Shown here one piece after another: positions 49,301-62,082 of a DNA stretch of 64,000 bases. Position 1 is the first letter of the stretch. Each line of letters opens with the position of its first letter. Source of the DNA: Camelus ferus (lineage: Eukaryota); NCBI RefSeq assembly GCF_009834535.1, contig NC_045731.1, forward strand, positions 14,384,001 through 14,448,000, read 5' to 3'. A program made the translations under genes and the position numbers. Under the pieces are notes generated by a model. The model did not search any database. It had not been told where the DNA came from and saw only the letters and a program-made list of their open reading frames with translations.

Positions 49301-50829
49301 AATCACTCAGTGCCATTATCTGTCCCGGCCATCTGCAAACCTGATCCCCCTCCGTGTTCTAAAATCCCAAGCGCCCACTACACTATTTTTATTTTACATT
49401 CCTGCATAAATCTGTTAAGCTCAATATGTTACCACAAATTCTCAAAAATCAAAAGCAATCTGCCGGCCTATAAAACACTGGTTACTGAGACTCGAAGGGT
49501 GTGAGATGGAAGCAGCTCAAGGAGTCAGCAAACACTCTTCACAGGGGTGGGCCTGGACCCCATGGCGGAGGCTCGCCGTAAGATCAGCTACGTTCTTTCC
49601 ATACACAGCGCGGGCTCGAACCCACTCATGTATTTCATACCTAATAACAATCTGAACAGTTGGCCTGATTGGATTCTAAGTGTGCAAATTTGAAAATCAA
49701 ATAGGCGCACTCCCTTTAGGCTTCATTTATTTAGCCCGTAATTGTAAAGAACGACAAATGACATACACCACACTATAGCACTCCCCAGAGGGTCAATGTG
49801 AAATTTACAGAAAGGAACACATACTTGCAGGTGTGTTTCTTGTTCATAATGAGCGCATTTTTTTTCCCTCACACAGAACGCCTTCTCCTCATGTCGCTAC
49901 AGTTTCCTTGAAACGACCACTAAATCATGTTTTCTTTCACAAAATCTTTATTGATCTTAAGTAATAATGCCAGTGCTTACATGTGGTGCCAAGTTATATT
50001 TTAGCTGAGTCTAAATATTCCTTCGCTCGGTAATTATGAAGCACACGCTTGCTTTTTTACTTACGTTTTCAGTCATATAACTAAGTCATTTTAAGAGGCA
50101 CCTAAGACTCTATCTTCTGAAAATATTTCTGTAGAAGTTTAGAAAAATCAATCATCCTACCGTTATAGTTAATATATTTTTAAAAAACCATCTGGCCTAT
50201 AATGTTCAAATAAGCACATAGAACCCGGGGAAAATGGAAAACTCAGCATCTGGAAGTCTTACTTTGTTTTTCACATTATCAGATATTTTAAAAGTTAGCG
50301 GATCTTTTCTTTTTTTAATAAACCCTATTATCCTGAACTCTGAATAAATAACCAGTTCTGAAAGTTAAAACGGTCTTCCATATAACACATGCACAGGATT
50401 CACATTTTCCACATAAAGCAGTCGGTCTGGAACTTTCCAATTTCATCTAAAGTATTTTCAAATACGAAAGAAGTTTACACAATTATAGTCAATAAACCCA
50501 CCCTTATCATCCCCTTATAAAATCTAAACGAGGCCTTGGGGGCGTAATATACTCGCAGCTTAGAATATGAATAGAATATGAAGCGTGCATGGTGTCCTAC
50601 TGCGGCTTCCAATGCCAAGCAAAGATTCTTTAATTGTGTTTACTGTTTCCTTCAAAGGTATCTGCATTTTAACATTTGCATGACACCTTCTCGTGCAGAT
50701 AAAAATCTCCAAACTTCTACAGCTCATATTTAAAATCAACTTGATAGGGATGATCAGACCGATAGGTTAAATTAAAAGTGTTTATTGGTCATTCAGTATT
50801 TTCTGGAAACAGACACACACAAAAAATAG

Positions 50830-50990
50830 TAACACCGTGTGCCAGGCACTGTTGGCTGCGAAGTCCTTGGATTAATTCATTTCACTGTCACAACTGCAAA
50901 GTTATGTAATAGCACTGTGTCCACTTTACAGAGGAATAAACCCAGACTGGCCGCTCACACCCGGTGAGGCTGAGGCTGAAGCCAAGCAAC
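50830..50990 (-). mobile_element. MIR relic
   Basis: 'gtgtgccaggcactg...attaattcattt...tccactttacagaggaataaa'. Confidence 0.65.
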
Positions 50991-53149
50991 CCCACCCTGG
51001 AGCATCGCTTATGAGCCAGGAGGTTACACTGCCCTGTTAATCCCGCGGCGTTCCTCTTCCTCGCAGGGCAACACAAGACAGAGCCATTTCACTAGTTAGA
51101 TGAACTTGGTGGGGGACAGGGAGCCCCGGCAGCTGGCAGACCAGACTGTATGGCAGGACCCCGCCCGTACAGTGGGGGAGGATGAACGAAATGCAGGGCG
51201 GGTCGCTGGTTTGATTACGGACCTCCCTTCATTTATCTAACACATATTTACCGAGCCTTTACTGCGGAGAAGGAACGGTGCTGTGGGATGAAGATGCCGT
51301 GGGGACCGCTGCAGGAGCCAGGCACGCCCTTCCCACAGGTAAGGGGTGGGGACCACGGGTGCTTCAGTCATCCCAGCTCCTCCCCAAGTCCCTCACTGCT
51401 GCCTTCCTTTCAAATGCCCTCCTGTTCGCCGCCTTCCCTCCGGACAGCCTTATCACACTGCCTCCTCGTGTCCTCAGCAAACTTTGCTTCCATCATGAAG
51501 TCCTTCTGGGCCCTTTTACCTGTTTTTCCTTTTTCCCTCTGTCAGGACACTTACACCACCTCGTCACACGGCCTTCGTGTGCTAGTCTGATAGACACGCC
51601 AGCAGAGCCTGGGTCCTGAAAGGCTTTTGCGCCTCTCCTTCCCCAGCACTCCCCACGTACCTAACACCCAAGAAATACTAACCGTGTTAACTTCTGGCTG
51701 AAAGAAACGCACCTACACTGAAACCAGCCAAGTGACCTGGGAGTTCCGCAACGAAGCAAAACCTAAATCTGTTTTCCTCCTGAGGCCACTGTGTTACAAG
51801 GGAGACAGTGCTTTATAAAAACGTCTGTGACATCAGTGCTTCTCTGCATCACGGCAATGGTAGGGTGTTGTTTCTAAATCCTTAGAAAAAACAAATGAGA
51901 ACTCCAAGCCTCCAATTCCAGGGAAAAAAAACAGGAAAATAAATCCTAGACCAAGCTGGATACTCAATCTCTTAAAACTTAACTAGGACGAAATGTTACC
52001 CATCTTGTGTAAGAGAAGCCTTCCCAATCACCGTTAGTGAAGGACTTCAGTGAAAAACAGGAAACCCTCATTAAGGAGTCAGTTCTCCATTGGAACTGAT
52101 GATAAACCTTTCCATGAATGACTGCAATTTATTTTAACAAACCAAATATTACCCCAGAAATCTGAAAGGGGCCTCTGCTTATGCAGGATCTAAAACATAA
52201 CAAGGATGGTATATTAAGCCTTGGATAATATAACCAGTGTGAAAATACAATTTACACATGTTAGAAAATCCACACTTTAGAATTCTTAGGTCATGGGGAC
52301 CTGGTTATTTGATTATTTATAGCTCGATTCTCCCCTTTCCCTCCAGGTCAGCAAAACATAGTCTATCTGCCTCCGAAGGTATGTTCCCTCCGCGAGGTCC
52401 ATGGCTGCAAATGCTCTTCCTGGTCTTTCCGCCCAACCACAGAAGTCTCAGCTCGTCGTGCACTGGCCCTGGAAGTGCTTTCTGAAACAAATCTCTCTTG
52501 GTTCACTTCAACTACAAGCTCCCAAAGGGCGCCCTTCTTACTGAAGGTAACAGAGCTCTCAACAGTGGGGAGCCCACCGTGGGGGTTCAGAACGCAGCGT
52601 CTGAATTGTCTCACAATTTCCTCTCTGAAAGCAAAGGCAAGATCACATTACAGTGGAGGGCGGTGGGGCCCCGGCTAACGGAAGTTTTCGCTGTATTTAA
52701 TACTGGACTGTGCCAGGCATTTATCTTGATGACACTGAGATACGTATTTTGATATGCGAATTTAAGAAAAATACTGCTTGAAAAAAAAAAACTCTTTTAT
52801 TGGCCTAGGTTTTATTAGAGTCGGTTTTTAATTCAAAGTCATAGACTCTAAGGTCAGACAGACGTTGGTATAATTAACACAGTGAGCCGAAGGATCCCCA
52901 AATACCTGTATCACTGTGAAGTGTCCTTGGTCATTCCTGTCATCTGGTGTTGAAGACGAACCGCAGTGGGGAGGCTCACCTGAGCTTTCATTTCTGGCCA
53001 CAGCACACGCTCGGATGTGGCGGAGCTCAGAGGCGTGGCTCTGGCTGCCACTGGGCTTCCGCTGGTTGTGTGAACTTCAGTCCATTACCCTCTCTGCACC
53101 TCAGTTCCCATCTGGGAGGGGAGGGAGTAGACTGGATGGGTGCAGAAGG

Positions 53150-53495
53150 CTCCGCCCATTCTGATGATGCCTGATTTTTATGTCCTTTCTTTGCCACGGA
53201 CTTCCGTCTGCCTAGAATATCCTTTCCTCCCTTTTCATCAAACTCCTTTAAAAACCAGCCCAAACATCACCTGTCCTTGAACCGTTTTACCCCTAATTCC
53301 CCAGGTTTAATTGAGGAGTCCCGTCCTGCTTCCAGAGCAGCCTGTGCGCAGCTCCGTCCCAGGTCCAGCACACAGCAGAGGCATCCCTGGATCACTGGGG
53401 AGTCTGCCCTAACAGACTGTCTGGACCACTGGATCTGTGGTGCCCAGCACTGCGTGCGGACATAGTGGGCACTCAACTACATATCTCCTGAATAA
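53150..53495 (+). mobile_element. L2 3' relic
   Basis: 'ctgcctagaatatcctttcctcc...tcaaactccttt...gcccagcactgcgtgcggacatagtgggcactcaa...tgaataaatgaat'. Confidence 0.7.
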
Positions 53496-56400
53496 ATGAA
53501 TTACTCTACAATCCCAAGGGTCAGAGCTGATGACTTATTTAGCTCTTCGTCTCCAGGGTACTTGGCACATACCAGTTACTCAAAGAAATAAACTGATATA
53601 ACTCAAACAAGTTAAAACATCTCACGCTCGCTGATTTGACGTGGAAAGCTAAACTGTCACGTAAAAAAAATAGATAGAAAACTGACCACATTGAACACAC
53701 AAGATGCTAACGACACAAAAAGAACATGAAAGCCTTCAAATGGAAAAATACTGGCAAGATTGACATGAAATGGTAAAAGTAATTGTGTTGGGTGATGAAA
53801 CAATATAGCATGTTTTTTTCTTTTTCCTGCCCTGATTTATTTTGTATTTTCCAATACAAGAAATATGTGTTACTTTTAAGAATCAAATGATTTTTTAAAA
53901 AAACCAATGCATTTATTTTTGAGAAAAAGTAAAAGCACTGAGTGACGTCATTTGCCCTCTGCTCTTCTGAGAATGGTGATATACATGCTTACGAGCAAAT
54001 CTGGTACATAAAGCGCACTGCCCTGAATAAAGCATGTGCTGCAGACTGTCTTTAATGAATCCTTACTAGGCTGAGTGAAATGGTTAAAACAAACGCTGTC
54101 ACCATGTGTGAGCCCTTCTCCTTCTATGTTCATTGAACATGACAGCTTCTTACGACGAATGCATATAATTTGAAGTGGTTTTCTCTTCTCCTCTAGAATT
54201 TTCTTCACACACTGACGACACTGGCATATTTCAAAGGTGGGCTCCTGGATTGTCCATGCTGGGCCCTCTGTTGCAAACCACAAGCTTAAGTTTTCAGGTT
54301 TCCCCTCGACTGTTCTTTGTAGGCTCTGATTTCTGTGCCGTGACCCAGTGTCGGGAGTGTGGCACCACACCGCAGTGACCCGGCGGTCTGTCACCAGCTG
54401 CCCGCTCCGGGGCCCGTAAGCGGGAAGGGCAGACGTCCTGTCGGGGTCAGCGCCAGTAAGCCCAGACCCCGCTCTGAGCATACGCCGGGTACTTACGTCT
54501 TGCTGACTACATGATCCGAGTATCCAGTTCCCTGGCTTTGCACCGTAAATGAAGTACAGCATCTTCGTGCAGGAATGCTGGCTAGGTCCGGTGGGCCATT
54601 TCCAGGTGTCAGGATGAGGTCTGTCAGCTAAGTGACTGAACCAGGCAGAGTTGACGGGTAAGGTCTGTGTTCGCCTTGTTCCCAGGGGCCCCTCCTGCGC
54701 AGCCCTGTGCCTGGCAACTAAAGGGGTTTCAATAAATACTGACTGGAGATGGGAGAATGTTGACATCCCTATGAATTGTTCCCTCTGTTTTAAGCCATTT
54801 CAGGCTATAGCATTCTAATTTAGAAACAGATATATGGAAAGAAAATTGGTATATTATTAGTTAATCAGTGAATCAATTCTCAAAAATCTCTAATCATCAA
54901 GGATTTTACATCAGAATTAACATAAGCTATGTATTATATTATAACATGTTATCACTTATTGTAAGCATATTATATAGTAATTATGCCAGAATTATCCATT
55001 TTTAGTTATTTTAATTTTTGAACACCTTTTTTAGAAGCTCCATGCTTCTAAAACATCCATTCCAGGCCCTTCTTCATCTATAAAGCCTCTAAATTGTTTG
55101 CAGGAGGCAGGTGCCCAGATCAAAAATTACACCTATTATTTTCAGCTTTCTTTACAGAAAGAAACAGCCAGTGTGTGGCAAAGGCACCTCACGGTGCTGT
55201 GGGCAAACTCTGCAGGGCGGGGCCAGAGCTGGCTGGCACTCTCTCGCCTCTCCTGCCTGGAAGGGGGCTGAGACGGCTGGAGCTGGTCTATGAGACCACC
55301 TAGAACACTGAAGTCGGAGCAAAAAAGTCAGAGCTGAGAGACAGGAGGAGCCTGGGACACCACTGACGTCACAGAATGCCCGCGGCTGGACATCTGTTTT
55401 ACATGAAATACAGATAAACACCTGACCGTCTGAAGCCACTGTCATTTGTGCCTGTAGTCCCTAACAGATGCTTGTCTTCTGGGGTGATTTTGCTGGAGAA
55501 TCGTCTTTTTTTTTTTTTTTTTTTTAATTCCTCCTCTAAAAAGCTGTTGCGTGAGCTCTGTGTTCTGAACGGCTTCCCCAAAGCCAAGCTTCAGTGAGGC
55601 CTTAGGTCCATAAAGAGAACGTCATGTTTTCAGCACATGAAGTTTTTTTCACGTCCACACTGCATTTTGTATGATTTTCCTCCACGCAAGGACAGAATGT
55701 GAACACAAGCAGGAATCGCAGACCGACAGAGAGACAGCCTGATTAATCCTGACCCCACCACTTCCTGGGGACAATAACCTGAACAGCAGTCCCGGGGCTG
55801 GGGACTCCACGTGTGGGAACAGGCAGCGGCAGCCGTGATCAGGTGCGTTGCTGCCAGGACCCCTCGCCCGGCCTTCCGTTCCCACCAGCAGGGTGCCTGG
55901 CCTGGCAGAATCCGTCCATTTTAGGGTTCAGGGCTCACTGTATTTCTGCTCCTTTCAGTAATACCTTCTACATTCATGCTGTCCCTTTGTTTTTCTTTGT
56001 GAAAACTGAGAACCACCCCTTCACAAAACGAACTCTGGAATTTCACTGGGGTAGGCTTGCTGGACGGCCGTGCCCTTGACTTGGAGTCCCTGGGCCTGAT
56101 GACTTGGAGCAGGGCGGCCCCGGACTAGACAGATGTGTGACCTCTGGGCAAAGCACCGCCTTTCTGGGTCTAGGTTGCCTGGTCTGTCAGAATCTGGAGT
56201 CAGTCTTCCTGGGTCTGGATCCTGGCACTTGCCGGCCTCGGGACACTGGGCAGGGCAAGGACCATCTCTCCTGCTCAGCGTCCACCCACGTGGGATTCCA
56301 TAATAACGGCCCCTCCTCCCTTCGTTGAGGTGACAATGACATGAGATCACTGATACAAAGAACTTACGCCGAGAACATAAGCACTAAGTAAGGATGCTAA

Positions 56401-58829
56401 GGTTGTCGTCATGAACTGTTTTCTTATTAATTCCAACATGAGAGGTTGGACTGTAGGATCTCTAAGAACCTCTGCAGGTCTTTTTAGAAAGTACTTTCCC
56501 CTCCTTGTACTACGTAAAGGTGGTTTAAAACCAGACACCATCCAGCTCTCGCCACCCGTACACCCATTCCCACTCCGTGGGAGTCCTGTTACCTGTGGAT
56601 CAGTGCCGTTTGTGAGATTTATGCGTCATTTATTATAAAGCAGCAGTCAGGTGTCTCAGAGCGCAGTCCACCATCCAGAAGAGGAGTCATGACTTCTGTT
56701 GTGCTGGACGGTTCTGCCAAGCCAGAGCGAAACAGGAAAAGCAGAGAGAGAACCAGAAGCAGGGACGATGCAGCCTATTCTGGGATGGTGCTGACGAGAA
56801 CAGGGCGACTGAGATAACGGAGTGGACTACCACGCTGAAAGGCCAACTTTCAGACACAAGCCCCGGGGAAATGGAAGCTGTTGCTGAGAAACAGGCTAAC
56901 CAAATCGACGTTAATTTTTGAATACCACTGCACACACACACACAAAACATGCACGGGTCTAAACGTCAAGCCTGAGAACAATGCTGAGATCTACTGGACC
57001 CTTGCAAAGTGCACCCGGCAGCTGCCCTGCTGGTTACAAACACAGACGCTCAAGGCTGCCGGTCCAAAACATGCGTCCCTTGTGAGGGCTTGCTGTGGCT
57101 TCTCAGAGTCTTCCTATAAAGATCACTCCTTTGGGATACAGCACTTCCAAAACCCTTTTTAAAATGCAAATGTGTAGCTTAAGAGGACTACCCACTAACA
57201 GGCCAAATTAACACACATTTGTTTATCTCCTCACTGAATGGGAGAGTTCTGAGAGTCGAGCAGGGAAACCGAGATTCTGAACAAACGGCAGAAGAGCCTA
57301 AGGTCATGGTGAGAGGACAGGACAGGTGTGGGCGGCACAGAGGATGCTTAAACAGGCAGGTGACAGCGAGAGGGTTCCAAGTCGCCATGTGAATATCGTG
57401 GAGATAGTTAAAAATCCACTCAAGGTGCGCGTGACCTGCACATTTATATGCAGCACTGAGTGTGACTGTTTCAATTCTTCTTAGTCCGTGGGATGGGGAA
57501 CAATGGGGCTGAGGAGGGGCCAAGGCCCCTGCTCCTCCCAAAGGTAATGGGTCAAAGATGGAGTCGGCACCACTGGCCAGAAAGGCAGAGGCCCCCAAGG
57601 GCCTGAGAAGGCCTGGTGTTCCCATCAAGTCCTCATCGTCCCAAGTGGCCAGTAAGAAGGCAGAAGCTGAGAGCTAGAGGCGGATGAGAGAGACTAAGAT
57701 TCTGCATTTTTATCCCCCTAAAAACCATCACTCTATCTATTTCACTGTAATCTATTCACCAATAAAGACTCCCCTCCCCGCCAAAAGTACATGGAACCCC
57801 ATACAAAGGTTACAATGGGAATTCTGTCAAAGGTTGGGGATTGGACCATTGAAAACCGTCATTGCTACTGGAGAGGAAAAATAAATTAAACATTACATCG
57901 CCAGTCGGATGGTAACATTAACACGATTAAAAGTCTGCATATTAAGATCTTTGTGCAGCCATAACGATGCTTCCACTCTTTGCAAAGTGCACACATCCCT
58001 GAGTTTCAAGGCTTTCAGGCATACCTGTTCGGGGGAGCAGCTCAAATAAAAGAGTCCTTTAAATTTTGTCACTTAACGATCTTACTTTCTTTGCTAAGTA
58101 ATTTGCCTGAAGATCAGAGTTGCACAGATGAGATGAGACGAGTTCAGGCTTATCTGTCCGGCTTGGTGGCTCGTAAGTAAAGAAGTAAACCCTCTGCATG
58201 AAGCACCACTGTGTCACCTCAAGTTAATAAGCCTTCCCTGTACACTGTCCATCGACTACTGCGTGGGTGTGAGTTTCTTATCAGCCTACACGTTTTGTAG
58301 GAAAATAACAGGGTGTTGATTTGGGGCCGGGGCCTCAGATATAATGAATATTTATCATGCTGCTAAGATTAGTAAGAGTTACCATATGCACGGAGTGAGA
58401 TATTCTTGCACGCAGAAGACGTGTGTGTTGGACACTGGCAATGTGGAGAGAACCCCCTAGGTTGGAAATTATTTTTCTCTTCTTTCAAATACATAAGTGC
58501 CTTATCTTCACTTCTCCAATAGCAGGGTTTTATCAACTATCTCTTCTCTCCTCTAATAGACTGCAAGCAGCTTGGGGACCGATCTTTGGATATCCTGCAA
58601 AAAGTAGGGGCTCAATAAATGAGTGAGTGCAAGAGACTCACCTAACATTTGGCTGACCTGGGCCACCGCATGTTTCTTCAGAACTGGAGATGGATTTTCT
58701 TGCTTTGTTTCCAGAACTGGAGCCTGGGACGGGGGCACAGCCGAGAGAGTCATTCACTGAGCCAAACTGGGATTAACCCTGGAACCTTGGCCCAGACGGT
58801 AAGGTGCTCTAATGAAACACACTTAAACA

Positions 58830-59400
58830 TGTGAGAGGAAGTCAGAGGGAAAGACATTTTCCTCTACCCTTCTAGGTTCTTCTGGCTGCTCTAGGAATTA
58901 AACTGACGTGGAACAATAAATAAGAACAAATCAAACCAAAGTTTAATCACATGTACACACAGGAGAGACCGAGGAAGCCTGAGCAACTCACCAAAACGGC
59001 CAAACCCCTCACTTTAAATACCATCTTCCACTAACAATAAAAAGGACGTTGGGGGTAGTGGTTTGAGACTTCAAAGGGGGAGAAATGCAACTCACAGGGG
59101 GATGGAACAGCAAATGTCCAATAAACAAACGTTTGCCGGGTCGTGCAGAGACAGCGGCACACAGAGTGGACTCTGATCTCTACGCCTCCATTTCCTCCCT
59201 GCACACCTGGCCCATATTCTTTGCTGATACCTCAGTGAGAGCTCTATTCTGGGAACAGGTCTCCTATCTAAAATCTTTTGGGCAGTTAAGGGCAAGGACA
59301 AAGTTTCTTCTTGAGTCTTTTGGGCAGTGACCGTTTTCAGCTCAAATAACCTGCATTGCCAAAGAGACATTCTGGGGGTGGCAAATTTTGCTCCCCTACA
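58830..59400 (-). mobile_element. ERV1-type LTR (MER34/MER39-like), reverse orientation
   Basis: Reverse strand starts 'tgtaggggagcaaaatttgccacccc', with internal 'aaactttggtttgatttgttc' R/U5-like sequence; no clear TSD. Confidence 0.7.
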
Positions 59401-61613
59401 TAGAAGTGTCTCAGAGGAACGAAGCAGGATGCTGGAGACACGGAGAATCCCGACAGGTCCACATACACCAGGAATGCTGCTGCCCTGACACTCAGGGTTC
59501 TCACGGCAAGCTTCACCTGCTGCCTGCCGTCACTCCAGAGGTGGCTGGCTGACTGCCACCCTTTTTCAGACTGCCAGGCTAAGGAAGAACTTGACAGAAG
59601 AAGTGGGGATGGCGTGCTGGATTACAGCAGTAATAATGACAATTTCGAAGCAAGTTAGTTCCACAGGATCAAAGGGGAACTTATCTGCGCTTTTACATTT
59701 GTAGTGAGCACTTCTCAATTATCTTTAAAAAAAAAAAAAAAAAACACTTGTCAGAAGGCTCCAGAAATATTCCAAAACATGTCTAGAAAGGCTATTACTT
59801 TCATTAGAAATTTTGAAAAAAAAAACTAAAAAAGATTCTTAGATTCTTCAAGCTCATACTCCTGAATACTTAAAACATGATGCAATTTCTAACTCAAGGA
59901 GGAGAAAAAGGCCTAATATTTACCTTTGTTGAAATGTGTTGCACCAACCAGTACGCACGTGTGTCTGCACGAAACTCATGGCTTTAAAGTTCTGTAAATG
60001 GAAATGATCTCTCTTTATATTTTGTAACTGATCGTGGCTCATATATAATCATCCATTTCTTTACACCTCTACCTGGACGTGCTACTAAATTTTTCACTCC
60101 AATAGTTTCGAATTGAATTTGTTGACAAACGGCCAATCCTAAAATAGATAATTAAGAGATCTAAAAACAAGCAAAAGAAAAATGAAACTCCCAAAGCAAA
60201 CAGCGTATTTAAGGGGAAAAGTAATGAAAGCATTTAAAAGAAGACTCTATAAATATTAAGAGGGTATATTTTTAAATGATTTCAGCGTTGTATTTTATAA
60301 CCGTATTACGAAAACCACCGTTTCAGTCTATTCATCCCAACGTAAATGGAGAGGGGAAGAGAGAGGGGCTGAAGGTGACCGAGCTTACCTCCAAAGGTAG
60401 CTGGACGTAAGCCTAGGTTTGGAGTCAGAGGCTGTAAGGATTTGCACTGTCTAGACTCTCCACAGTCAGGCACCCAACACACTCAGACGCAAACGGCTTT
60501 TGGTGCTGGGCCTTCGATTTTTGTTTCAAAAATTACTAACAAAAATAATAAATTCTACGTTTGAAAAGTCTTATCTGCTTGGTGAGACTGCATTTCCTGT
60601 TCAGAATTCCGCAGCACAACTAAGGGCTGAGGCCAGGCTTCTGGTTTTCCGCTGCTCCAGGCAATAGGGTCACGCCGGGCCCCTGCGCCCCCCGCCATCG
60701 ACGTCAGCGTCCCTGGGGCCGCTCCATGATATCACCTGTCAGTGAGAGCTGCTGCTGGCCTTCAATGCGAGAGCCGTGCGGAACCAAAGGCGTCATTACA
60801 TTAGAAGGTTTCTGACTCATTCTACCTTATCTACTTAACTCACCTTAGCTTTAAAACCCAATTAAAATCCAATATATCTGATCTTTGGACTCTGAACGCT
60901 CTTTGGCAATGAGTCTAACAGCCTGGCAGTAACTACATTACTACACATTGTGCCTTAAGGTGTTCTAGACTATACTTGCAAAAATTGGCAAGTGCCACTT
61001 AAAGCCACAGCAAGCTCTTTGAGGCTGCGTCCGTCTTATCTGAAGAACAAATGCTTTGTCCTTATGCAAAAAGTACATACTACAGTTTCACACTTGTGAT
61101 TTTAGTTATAATTTATGTGCATAAATCGACTAGATTGTTGCTTTTCTTAAATTTGGATTCATTTTTTTAAAACATCAGATAATAAAATCTGACAGCTACA
61201 CATTCCTCCAACACATACAAGCACAACACACACATGCAGAGAAATCTTTTAAAATCTTCCAAATTGTGGATATATGTATATATATATATATATGAATGTT
61301 ACACTGAGAAAACATTTTGTTTAGAACGTCAGCCCCCCAAAAATCCATACTGCTGTGTTTCGCATACTCTATTTTCTTGGGCTGAGAAAAAAAAAAATCA
61401 TGTAATGTTGACACTAATTCAGTTCCTTAAAATCCAGCTCTAAAATGTTTACTTCTATTCATATCATTACACATGGATAAAAACAGAGGGCTCCTGTTAG
61501 TTCAGCACAACACACAGTGAAATAGATGAGATTTATACACAGAGAAATACACGACATACACAGTGACTATTCGCTGTGAAAAAGACGACACACAGGTCGT
61601 GAACAGGTACAGC

Positions 61614-62082
61614 TGTAACCGAGCAGGACCCTGGGGGCCTTCCAGGCTCAGACCCCTCCCCCATGTCCTCTGCGGCAGCTCCTCTCTGAAGCACCCCCAT
61701 AACAGTATCTCATGCTTATTTCCTGAGTTTTTCAGATGCCAAAAACCACCACCAAAGGGAAGGAATGAACTACTTGATGATGGAGAGCATGTGGCCCCCA
61801 GACCTTCTGGCGCGTGGGGGTTGATGGTGTTGAACCCCACCCTGTTCTCTCCACATCAGCCAGAGACTGTGCACGAGCTGATCACATGCTCTGCGACCCC
61901 CCTCCCTCACCTGCCTTTAAATACGCTTTGCTGAAACCCTTCAGGGAGTTCGGGGTTTTCTTGGACGTGAGCCACCCCGTCCTCCTAGCTCTGCCTGGAA
62001 ATAAACCTTTTTCTGCTCCAAACTCCAACGTTTCAGTTTGGCCTCGCGGTGTGTCGGGCGCATGAACTGGCCTCGGGTAACA
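61614..62082 (+). mobile_element. ERV1-type solo LTR (same family as 18406-18882)
   Basis: tgtaaccgagc...ctcgggtaaca with near-TSD cagc/cagt; collinear with 18406-18882. Confidence 0.9.

Noticed and set aside
18406-62082. Two same-family LTRs in direct orientation as the ends of one 43-kb provirus
   Set aside because: Each LTR has its own TSD, they are visibly diverged, no PBS/PPT or gag/pol/env is seen, and the distance is far too long.
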